Positions 1 through 7,040 are shown, numbered from the stretch's first letter. The stretch: 12,047 bases of DNA from Promethearchaeota archaeon (GCA_016840085.1 JAEOTA010000033.1:1-12047), one strand, 5' to 3'. The notes: generated by a model from the letters alone, not told the origin. Translations and numbers: made by a program.

Positions 1-366
1 TGGTTGAGCCATAAAACTTCCAAAACTCTGACCTATTAATATATATTTTTCCACATTTTCTTTTTTTAGAATTTCATTTACTCCTTCACTAAATTCATCC
101 AAACTTTCAAAATTGGTAATTGATGGGGCGATAACCCTATAGTTTTTTTCAAAAAATTGTATAGCTTGAAAATTACCCTCGGCATTTCCAAGTGCTCCAT
201 GAAAGGTAAGAACTGTTTTTTCACCAGTTCCACAACTTATATATTCTAGTTCCTTATTTCTGAACATAATAGTTTTTATGGGATGATTTTTTCTATAATC
301 TACAAGGCGTTGATAAAGTTCCGTGGTTACATCCTTATAAAACTTGGAATTCCTTTGATTTTTCAT
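1..366 (-). CDS. Alpha/beta hydrolase fold protein (partial, runs off the left edge; not in ORF track)
   Basis: Manual translation from ATG 366: MKNQRNSKFYKD...LEYISCGTGEKTVLTFHGALG...YRVIAPS...ILKKENVEKYILIGQSFGSFMAQP. Contains the oxyanion HG motif and the G-x-S-x-G nucleophile elbow (GQSFG). Frame is open to position 1. Confidence 0.88.
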   Translation of the reverse strand, partial: MKNQRNSKFYKDVTTELYQRLVDYRKNHPIKTIMFRNKELEYISCGTGEKTVLTFHGALGNAEGNFQAIQFFEKNYRVIAPSITNFESLDEFSEGVNEILKKENVEKYILIGQSFGSFMAQP

Positions 367-433
367 CTCTACTACCTTCACTTTTTATCTTACCTAAAGT
401 TTTTTTGTTGCTATTTAGGCATAACTAATTTTG

Positions 434-450
434 ATATATAAATATTTTCA
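434..450 (-). promoter_or_regulatory. Putative archaeal BRE/TATA promoter of the hydrolase gene
   Basis: Minus strand reads TGAAAATATTTATATAT (purine-rich BRE followed by a TTTATATA box), about 70 nt upstream of ATG 366. The AT-rich background limits specificity. Confidence 0.4.
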
Positions 451-656
451 TTTTTTTATGGAATTTGAATAATTTATTCAAATTTTGATCTTTAGTGATG
501 TTTAAAAAAAAATTTAAGTTAAATAACTTGAAGCTTCTTCAAATGATGCATATATTTTGTATATAAACCTAATAGGTCTAAAATTACAAATTTCTAATCT
601 CGCAAACTTTCAGACTTTAAATACCTATAGCATATACATAGAGTATAGAAACTTGA

Positions 657-860
657 TTTCTTGGTAATGAATCCTCTCCTATAGTAGTTCCCGGTAAGGA
701 TTGGGGACATTTAACATTCGAAGAAAATATGGTGGAAATCGCAGCAATCGTATTTAATCGCCCCGGATTAGGAGGTCTTCGACTTGAGTCACCAACACTT
801 GTTACAAGTAAAGGTGCTGAAGTACTTCCTAAAACGCCATTTGAAGTTGATTATGGATAG
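657..860 (+). pseudogene. C-terminal remnant of an M24-family (Xaa-Pro aminopeptidase/creatinase, pita-bread fold) gene
   Basis: Open frame 657-860 reads FLGNESSPIVVPGKDWGHLTFEENMVEIAAIVFNRPGLGGLRLESPTLVTSKGAEVLPKTPFEVDYG*, matching the M24 C-terminal pattern (L-e-e-G/N-M-V...P-G-x-G-G-x-R-x-E-x-x-x-x-V-T-x-x-G-x-E-x-L). In-frame stops upstream (TGA 654, TAG 639); no intact N-terminal part is recognisable. Confidence 0.72.
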
Positions 861-915
861 TTCATCTTTAGAGTAATCAAGTATAATTTATTTTAATAAA
901 AATATTTCTTTTATT

Positions 916-2058
916 ATGGAAATATCTAATGCTCAAAAAGAAAAATTAATCTATATTTTAAAGAAATTAATTCAAATTCCAACTGAGAATCCCCCTGGAA
1001 AAACTGAAGAAGTGGTTAACTTCCTAATCAATGAAGTTTTCAGAGAAGAAGAGGGTTTTCATAATGAAGTTATTACTCATATGAAGAACGGTGTAGAACT
1101 ACATAATTTAGTAACTAAAATTGGATCTGGAAAAAAGAAAATAGTGTTATCAGGACATTTTGATGTGGTACCTGTTGGTGATCAAACTAAATGGAGTTAT
1201 CCACCTTTTTCTGCTAAAATAGTAGATGGAAAAATATACGGACGGGGTTCTGCTGATATGAAGGGGGGAATTACATCATTGATCGGTATTATGCAAATTT
1301 TAAGTACAAATGCTGATTTTATGGAAGATTATGAGCTAATTTTTTTAGGTACTGCCGATGAAGAAGCTGCAATGTCTGGCTCTTTCACATTATCTGAGAG
1401 AGGTTATGTAGATGATGCACATTTATTAATTGTAGCTGAACCAACGGATCTAAATATTGGAATCGCTGAAAAGGGATTATTATGGGGTCTTTTGAAAATT
1501 TATGGAAAATCAGCACATGGTTCTATGCCTAGTGAAGGTCTCAATGCTATAGAAGGTGCTCTTGAGATTATACCTCAATTATATGATTGCGTAGAAGATA
1601 GAGTAAATAAGATCTTAGGAAAACCAACATTGAATATCGGTACGATCAAGGGTGGCACTAAAATAAACGTTGTTCCCGATTATGCACAATTAGAAGTTGA
1701 TTTTAGATTAATTCCGGAACAGAGTCATGAAAATATCATAAATAAATTAAAATCTATAAAATCAAAGTATTGTAAGATAGAAGTAGATATATTAAAAGAT
1801 TCTCCTGCTCTAGAAACTGATTTAAATCATTTTTTTATCCAGAATTTAGGAAAAATTACTAAATCTGAATATATTGGGTTATCATATGCCACAGATGCTG
1901 TTAATTATGTTAGTTCGAATAAATCTTTACCATTTGTTATATTTGGCCCTGGAAATCCTACAAATATTCATAATGAAAATGAATGGGCATCTTTGGAACA
2001 AGTATTTCAAGCAACAGAATTTTTAACTGAAGCTCTTTTAGAAACTTTTATAGATTAA
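916..2058 (+). CDS. M20 family metallopeptidase/deacylase (ArgE/DapE-like)
   Basis: Motifs SGHFDVVP, YGRGSADMKGG, ADEE, AEPT, GKSAHGS, GGTKINVVPD, and C-terminal GPG...IHNENE. The metal ligands His/Asp/Glu/Glu/His are present. Confidence 0.93.
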   Translation: MEISNAQKEKLIYILKKLIQIPTENPPGKTEEVVNFLINEVFREEEGFHNEVITHMKNGVELHNLVTKIGSGKKKIVLSGHFDVVPVGDQTKWSYPPFSAKIVDGKIYGRGSADMKGGITSLIGIMQILSTNADFMEDYELIFLGTADEEAAMSGSFTLSERGYVDDAHLLIVAEPTDLNIGIAEKGLLWGLLKIYGKSAHGSMPSEGLNAIEGALEIIPQLYDCVEDRVNKILGKPTLNIGTIKGGTKINVVPDYAQLEVDFRLIPEQSHENIINKLKSIKSKYCKIEVDILKDSPALETDLNHFFIQNLGKITKSEYIGLSYATDAVNYVSSNKSLPFVIFGPGNPTNIHNENEWASLEQVFQATEFLTEALLETFID

Positions 2059-2130
2059 GAGGGTTGAAAAAATAGTTAATAAATCAATTATCTTTTTAAC
2101 AATTATTCTTTTTATGATATGGTGAAAATT

Positions 2131-2682
2131 ATGATAATTAAAATAGTCAAACTATTTGATATGAAGGTAATTGCTTTCCATTCTTGGGGGGAATTCATTG
2201 GTGATCCCGAGAAAAAAACTTTTCAAAAATTGGATGAATGGGTAAAAGAAAGGGGCATCTCCCTCGATCCATTGAAACATCAAATATTTGGTTTTAATAA
2301 TCCAAGTCCACACATTAATGATTCTGGAAACCAATTTGCATCTAAAGATAATCCCTATGGATATGAGGTTTGGATGACAATTCCTGAAGATTATGAAATA
2401 GAAGAAAATATGAAAGTTAAAACTATAGAAGGGGGATTATATGGAGCAGTCTCAATACGAGGAGTTGACAACATAGGTAAAGGCTGGAAGTTTTTATTTG
2501 ATTGGATACAAAATAGTGAAGAATATGATTTTCATCCTAATTGGAAAGGTTTATCCAAATATTATGATAAAGAACATGTAACTCAGGGAATAACAGGATT
2601 AGAATACCTTGTCAATTATCAAGAATATGATGAAAAAAATTTTCTGATGGACATATATTTTCCAATTATTGAAAGGGATTAA
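2131..2682 (+). CDS. Stand-alone GyrI-like (AraC effector-binding) small-molecule-binding domain protein
   Basis: Pattern MKVIAFH...PEKKTFQKLDEW...IFGFNNP...YGYEVWMTIP...VKTIEGGLYGAV...WKFLFDWIQNS...LE...DIYFPI is typical of GyrI-like domains. Start placed at ATG 2131 because an SD-like GGTGA lies at 2121-2125; the ORF track starts at 2119. Confidence 0.8.
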   Translation: MIIKIVKLFDMKVIAFHSWGEFIGDPEKKTFQKLDEWVKERGISLDPLKHQIFGFNNPSPHINDSGNQFASKDNPYGYEVWMTIPEDYEIEENMKVKTIEGGLYGAVSIRGVDNIGKGWKFLFDWIQNSEEYDFHPNWKGLSKYYDKEHVTQGITGLEYLVNYQEYDEKNFLMDIYFPIIERD

Positions 2683-2742
2683 AATTTGTTGTTTTATTTG
2701 GATATTTCTCTAAAATTAAAAATAGAATTATATATTTTCATT

Positions 2743-3081
2743 TTACTCTGGAATTAGAAATTCAGATAGATCTTTGCCAATTAAATTTCTTCCTTTTTCA
2801 GTTGATAGAGAAGCTGCTATTTCAAACCTATATCCATTTATCGCTTCTGCGTACATGGTCAAACGTCTCACGAAATAATTTATCCCCTCTTCAAAATCAC
2901 TTTCTTCTACTTCAAATGTACCTGAACCTTTTAAACCAGTTTTAGTTGCCCATGTTTCCCAGGGAGTTGCTGGTTTTATAACAGGAGGAAATGGAAATGC
3001 TTGCTCAACTTCGAGATATTTTTTACCAACATCATCACTTTTTTCTACAGGATACCATACATTTATTAAAATTCTTATCAT
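2743..3081 (-). CDS. Small hypothetical protein (112 aa), possibly a ferredoxin-like alpha/beta fold
   Basis: Clean ORF with protein-like composition filling the gap between neighbouring genes. Alternating strand/helix pattern (ILINVWYP...VGKKYLEV...SGTFEV...INYFVRRL...YRFEI). No diagnostic motif. Confidence 0.7.
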   Translation of the reverse strand: MIRILINVWYPVEKSDDVGKKYLEVEQAFPFPPVIKPATPWETWATKTGLKGSGTFEVEESDFEEGINYFVRRLTMYAEAINGYRFEIAASLSTEKGRNLIGKDLSEFLIPE

Positions 3082-3182
3082 TCTGTAACATCTTTTTTAT
3101 TTTTAAATTGAAAAATAGATAATCGAAAACTTAATGATTAGTTTTTTGCTTTCATTATATTTAAAAATTCATTTACATTATA

Positions 3183-4334
3183 TTACAAATTTTTAATAAA
3201 TTTTTCGACTCTATCCATAGCTTCTTCAAGTTTGGAGATTTCAGTAGCATAAGATATACGTATCATGTGTTCAGAAAAAGATCCAAAGATGTCTCCAGGA
3301 ACTATAGCTACAGCTTGTTCTTTCATTACGTCTCGTGAAAATTTTGAACCATTCATGTTAAAAGGCTTAACTGAAGGCATAATGTAAAAAGATCCAAGTG
3401 GTTTAATCACATCAAAGCCCATTTCTTTTAATCTAGTGAAAACTAAAATTCTTCTCTTATTAAAAGTTTCCAAAATTTTTTCGAAAAATCCTATGTCCAT
3501 TTTTAAAGCCTCTATAAAACCATACTGAGCAGCATGGTTGGTGCCTGCCACAGTATATTGATGATACTTCTCCATTAAATCAATAATTTCTTTGGAAGCT
3601 ACAGCATACCCTAACCTAAAGCCTGTAGCTGAAAATAATTTCGACATAGCATTTACCGTTATGGTTCGCTCAAACATCTCATTTAAGGAAGCTGGGCTTG
3701 TATGTTTCAATCCATCATACAAATAATTTTCATAAACTTCATCTGAAATTAAATATAAATCATTATCAATAACGATATCCACAATTGCTTTCAATTGTGT
3801 TAGACTTAATGCATGCCCGGTAGGATTATTGGGAGAATTAATTAAAATTGCTTTAGTTTTTTCCGTAATTGCTTTTTTAATTGCTTCAATATTTGGACTA
3901 AAATCTTCATTTCTCTGTATTTCTACAGTTTTTACACCAAAAAATAAACTGCAGTAAAAGTATGATACAAAATTTGGTGATGAGATGATTATTTCATCCC
4001 CAGGATTAAAAACTGAAGCAAAAGCTAACGTAATTGCTTGACTGCCACCATTAGTAACTATGATATTTTCTTTCCAATTAGATTCAATGCTATTAACTTC
4101 TTTTACTTTCTTTTCTAATAGTTCTAGCAATTCTGGAACTCCTTTTGTTGGAGCATACATTGTTATATTACCTTTTAAAGCTTCAATATTCCCTTTTATT
4201 GCAGATTTAGGAGTTTTAAAGTCTGGTTGACCTATACCAAGACTGATTATATCTGAACGTCCTGCAGCTAGATCAAATAATTCCCTAATAGCAGATTTTG
4301 GAGTTTTGGCTATTCTATGAGAAGTTTCTTTCAT
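3183..4334 (-). CDS. PLP-dependent aminotransferase class I/II (aspartate/aromatic aminotransferase-like)
   Basis: Motifs SLGIGQPDF, Y..TKG..EL, VTNGGSQA, INSPNNPTG, ISDEVY, SKLFSATGFRLGY (PLP-binding Lys), VPGDIFG...IRISYA. Confidence 0.95.
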   Translation of the reverse strand: MKETSHRIAKTPKSAIRELFDLAAGRSDIISLGIGQPDFKTPKSAIKGNIEALKGNITMYAPTKGVPELLELLEKKVKEVNSIESNWKENIIVTNGGSQAITLAFASVFNPGDEIIISSPNFVSYFYCSLFFGVKTVEIQRNEDFSPNIEAIKKAITEKTKAILINSPNNPTGHALSLTQLKAIVDIVIDNDLYLISDEVYENYLYDGLKHTSPASLNEMFERTITVNAMSKLFSATGFRLGYAVASKEIIDLMEKYHQYTVAGTNHAAQYGFIEALKMDIGFFEKILETFNKRRILVFTRLKEMGFDVIKPLGSFYIMPSVKPFNMNGSKFSRDVMKEQAVAIVPGDIFGSFSEHMIRISYATEISKLEEAMDRVEKFIKNL

Positions 4335-4390
4335 AAATCATTTTCTTTTCTTTATTAATTTATATACATTAAATTCTCGATTGAATAATA

Positions 4391-4407
4391 CAAAAAAGAG
4401 TTTTTTG
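4391..4407. terminator. Inverted repeat giving a T6 tract on both strands; possible terminator downstream of the GTPase at 4424-4978
   Basis: CAAAAAA-GAG-TTTTTTG lies about 17-33 nt past the minus-strand stop at 4424. Confidence 0.35.
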
Positions 4408-4423
4408 AGACTATTAAAGCTTT

Positions 4424-4978
4424 TTAAAGTACTACTCCATGATTACTTAAAATTTGATTTACTAATAATAAAAATGCTTCTTCAATATTCTCTCCTCGTT
4501 TTGCACTGGTTTCAATAAAACGGTTCGCATTAATTTTTTTTGCTAATTCTTCTCCTTTTTCAGTTGGTACCACACGTTCTTCTTCTAAATCAATTTTATT
4601 ACCAATTAGTATAAATACGCCTTCTTTTCTCACATATTTCTTAAAATCACTTAACCATTTTGAACTTATACTCTCAAATGTATTATAACGAGTTACGTCA
4701 TATACTAATAAAGCGCCTACACAACCTTGAAAATACATGGATCTAATAACACTATATTTCTCTTGGCCTGCTAAATCCCACATTATTAATCGAATCTTAG
4801 CTTTTTCTAAATTAACATCTTTGCGTACTATATTTGCGCCAAGCGTGGGAGCGTAGTCCTCTTTAAAAGTACCTTCACAGAACATATTAATAAGACTTGT
4901 CTTACCAACTGCGGCTTCACCCAGAACAGTAATTTTGAATACGAATTCTCGTAATTCCTTAGTTTCTTCTACAGTCAT
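4424..4978 (-). CDS. Rab-like small GTPase (Ras superfamily), copy A
   Basis: G1 GEAAVGKTS, G2 YAPTLG, G3 WDLAGQE, G4 GNKID, G5 ETSAK. RabF-like segments RLIMW, YFQGC and LVYDVT. No C-terminal Cys. Confidence 0.95.
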   Translation of the reverse strand: MTVEETKELREFVFKITVLGEAAVGKTSLINMFCEGTFKEDYAPTLGANIVRKDVNLEKAKIRLIMWDLAGQEKYSVIRSMYFQGCVGALLVYDVTRYNTFESISSKWLSDFKKYVRKEGVFILIGNKIDLEEERVVPTEKGEELAKKINANRFIETSAKRGENIEEAFLLLVNQILSNHGVVL

Positions 4979-5021
4979 TATGCAATTTATATATTATTGT
5001 TGGTGTATTTAACACTATCAA

Positions 5022-5040
5022 TTTTTATAAAATTCTTTCT
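5022..5040 (-). promoter_or_regulatory. Putative BRE/TATA promoter of GTPase copy A
   Basis: Minus strand reads AGAAAGAATTTTATAAAAA about 45-60 nt upstream of ATG 4978. A short inverted repeat GTGT-N5-ACAC (5003-5015) lies near the expected transcription start. Confidence 0.45.
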
Positions 5041-5229
5041 TAACGGCTACTTTCAATGGACTTATTTATATTAATTTGTAATTTGACTTTTATCTATTTA
5101 ATATTTTCTTCAATTAATTATAATTAATTTAACAATCTCAAAGGTTTTTTACTTTTTGCTCAAGCTCAATTAATATGCTGAGATTTCTTCTGTCGACCTA
5201 TCGTAATTCATATATTGTTGTATGTCTAT

Positions 5230-5793
5230 TTAAGGCTTTTTTTCAATTTTCAATTTTAGAATAAAAGTATTATGATTTGGATCATTTATAGCTTTTTTAT
5301 CTCCAAAATGAGTAACTCGATATTCGGAGGGTAAAATTTTCTCTAAGGAATGAACTAAAAACCCTTCAAATAAATCACATGGAACTCCAATTTCAGAACA
5401 AAATATACATTTTTGAATTAGAATAGATATTATATCATCATTTCTGTTGGTGATTTCAACTTTCCAGTCTGCAACTATCAATCTATTAATGTCGACAACG
5501 ATTTCTTCAAAATTTTTTCCATAAGGATATAAATAAAATGAAAATTTTTTTCCAATTTCAAAAAGAAGTCTGGAAGAATCATATAATAAACAATTCTGAG
5601 CAGAAATAATTTTCTTAAAAGAAAAGAAATCTAACATTTGATCTTGATTTTCATCTTTTATATTCTTTAGATAGAGCATTTCAGCTTCTTTTAAAATGGA
5701 TCTCATTCCATCATAATCAAGTATATCATGATACGCTTGGAGAAGTGCGGTAATAACCCTATATTTAACTTCTCCTTTATAATCTCCAATCAT
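5230..5793 (-). CDS. V4R (4-vinyl reductase) domain protein; H-NOX/Bet3(TRAPP)-related fold
   Basis: Helical N-terminal half (ALLQAYHDILDYDGMRSILKEA...DFFSF...LLFEIGKKFS) followed by a beta-rich half with the C-x2-C-x6-C-x3-G motif (QKCIFCSEIGVPCDLFEGFL) characteristic of V4R domains. Recognised by pattern only. Confidence 0.7.
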   Translation of the reverse strand: MIGDYKGEVKYRVITALLQAYHDILDYDGMRSILKEAEMLYLKNIKDENQDQMLDFFSFKKIISAQNCLLYDSSRLLFEIGKKFSFYLYPYGKNFEEIVVDINRLIVADWKVEITNRNDDIISILIQKCIFCSEIGVPCDLFEGFLVHSLEKILPSEYRVTHFGDKKAINDPNHNTFILKLKIEKKP

Positions 5794-5871
5794 GTGTTCT
5801 TTATTTTCATAAATTATTATATTAAAAGATACTATTATTTGTATGGCACAAATTCTTTATTTTACGTTATT

Positions 5872-6417
5872 TCAAATCCTGCTTTTCTTTAATACTCGAG
5901 AAACTAGGTTTTTAAAGGCACTTTCTACGTTGTCGCCAGATTTTGCACTTGTTTCAATAAAATCACTTGCTTTTATTTCTTTTGCTAAGGCTTCTCCCTT
6001 TACCGAAGGTACTGTATTTGAATCTTTTAAATCAACCTTATTGCCAATTAACATGTATACTCCATCGGGTCTAGCAAACTTTCTAAAATCTTCAAGCCAT
6101 TTTGACTTAATACTATCAAAGGTAGAATAACGAGTAATATCATAGACCAGTAAGCATCCATGACATCCTTCGAAGAACATTTGCCTAGTTAGTTCATACT
6201 TATCTTGCCCGGCAATATCCCAAAAAATTAAACGAACATACGCATTAAATTCTTCGATTTTGATTTCTTTAGTAAGAATGTTAACTCCTAGAGTTGGATG
6301 GTAATCCTTCTCAAAACTATGTTCTATATAGCGATTAATTAAACTTGTTTTGCCTACTGCGGGATCGCCCAACACAGAGAGCTTAAAAGCCCATATCCTC
6401 TCTTCTTTCTCCGTCAT
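5872..6417 (-). CDS. Rab-like small GTPase (Ras superfamily), copy B
   Basis: G1 GDPAVGKTS, G2 YHPTLG, G3 WDIAGQD, G4 GNKVD, G5 ETSAK. RabF-like RLIFW, FFEGC and LVYDIT. Basic C-terminus SRVLKKSRI with no Cys. Confidence 0.95.
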   Translation of the reverse strand: MTEKEERIWAFKLSVLGDPAVGKTSLINRYIEHSFEKDYHPTLGVNILTKEIKIEEFNAYVRLIFWDIAGQDKYELTRQMFFEGCHGCLLVYDITRYSTFDSIKSKWLEDFRKFARPDGVYMLIGNKVDLKDSNTVPSVKGEALAKEIKASDFIETSAKSGDNVESAFKNLVSRVLKKSRI

Positions 6418-6434
6418 ATTAATTCAAAATTTCC

Positions 6435-6863
6435 CTATATTTTTAGTAATGATAAATTGAGTGTAGGATCATTAGCTCGAATTAATTTTTGATCAATTTC
6501 AAATATATATACTTCACCAGTGATAGAAACTACAGTAGGTTGGATTAAATGTCCACCAATTACATTATAGTCTCTTGTTCCTAGAGAAATATGGAGGTGG
6601 ACTATTGGTTGGTCATCCTTGAAAGAAATGTTTCCCATGCATGAAACTAATTCGACATAATCCTCATAGGTTTTTTGTAAATAGCTTTTAGAGTTAATAT
6701 CAAAATAGCCTATGGTAAATTTTTTTAAGGCACCAATACAATTAATTAGTCCAGATTTTATATCATGTTCTTTTATCATCTGGATTATTGAGTTGATTAA
6801 ATCCTCATCTGGCTCAACTTTACCCACTATAACCCTACTAATCTTAGTTTCGATGCTCTTCAT
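6435..6863 (-). CDS. PPC domain / DUF296 family protein
   Basis: Pattern V.PDEDL...I..G.INCIGAL....IGYFD...ELVSCMGNI...P.VHLHISLG...VIGGHL...VSITGEVYI, with the HxH + GGHL signature of PPC/DUF296. Confidence 0.9.
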   Translation of the reverse strand: MKSIETKISRVIVGKVEPDEDLINSIIQMIKEHDIKSGLINCIGALKKFTIGYFDINSKSYLQKTYEDYVELVSCMGNISFKDDQPIVHLHISLGTRDYNVIGGHLIQPTVVSITGEVYIFEIDQKLIRANDPTLNLSLLKI

Positions 6864-6895
6864 ATTTATTCAAATATATGAGTATTATTATACAT

Positions 6896-6920
6896 AACTG
6901 ATAAAGTCAGTTTTTATATA
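6896..6920 (-). promoter_or_regulatory. TATA box with an adjacent palindromic operator-like site upstream of the PPC-GTPase genes
   Basis: Minus strand TATATAAAAA (6920-6911) abuts AACTGA-N5-TCAGTT (6896-6912). Confidence 0.4.
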
Positions 6921-6980
6921 TTTGAGTTAAAACCATATTTACATATTATTGCTACAAACGATTTATTGATTCTTAATATA

Positions 6981-6997
6981 GAAAAATTAATTATAAT
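6981..6997 (+). promoter_or_regulatory. Putative BRE/TATA promoter of the AAA+ ATPase gene
   Basis: GAAAAATTAATTATAAT about 45-60 nt upstream of ATG 7041. Confidence 0.35.
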
Positions 6998-7040
6998 GTA
7001 CTTTCATAACCAATATTAGTGTACTAACTAGTGTTATAAC

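Noticed and set aside
20-60. Suspected frameshift before the GQSFG motif of the hydrolase
   Set aside because: Recounting the codons shows the motif is in frame with ATG 366.
639-660. In-frame TGA at 654 as possible selenocysteine read-through extending the M24 fragment
   Set aside because: A TAG lies five codons further upstream (639), there is no start codon in between, and no SECIS-like element was recognised.
660-860. GC-richer intergenic stretch as a possible ncRNA or tRNA
   Set aside because: No cloverleaf or convincing long stems; better explained as a coding remnant.
2152-2334. 60-aa minus-strand ORF
   Set aside because: Antisense shadow inside the GyrI-like gene; no motif.
5790-5810. 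6-codon uORF (MKIKNT) whose stop overlaps the V4R start (ATGA)
   Set aside because: Too short to distinguish from chance, and its ATG probably lies upstream of the transcription start implied by the nearby TATA-like box.
5843-6130. 95-aa plus-strand ORF
   Set aside because: Antisense to GTPase B; F/S/L-rich composition typical of shadow ORFs.
6712-6897. 61-aa plus-strand ORF
   Set aside because: Antisense to the PPC gene.
7016-7040. Repeated TAGTGT hexamers (also near 5013-5018 on the minus strand and near 8062)
   Set aside because: Short, inconsistent spacing and context; cannot be supported as a motif by eye.
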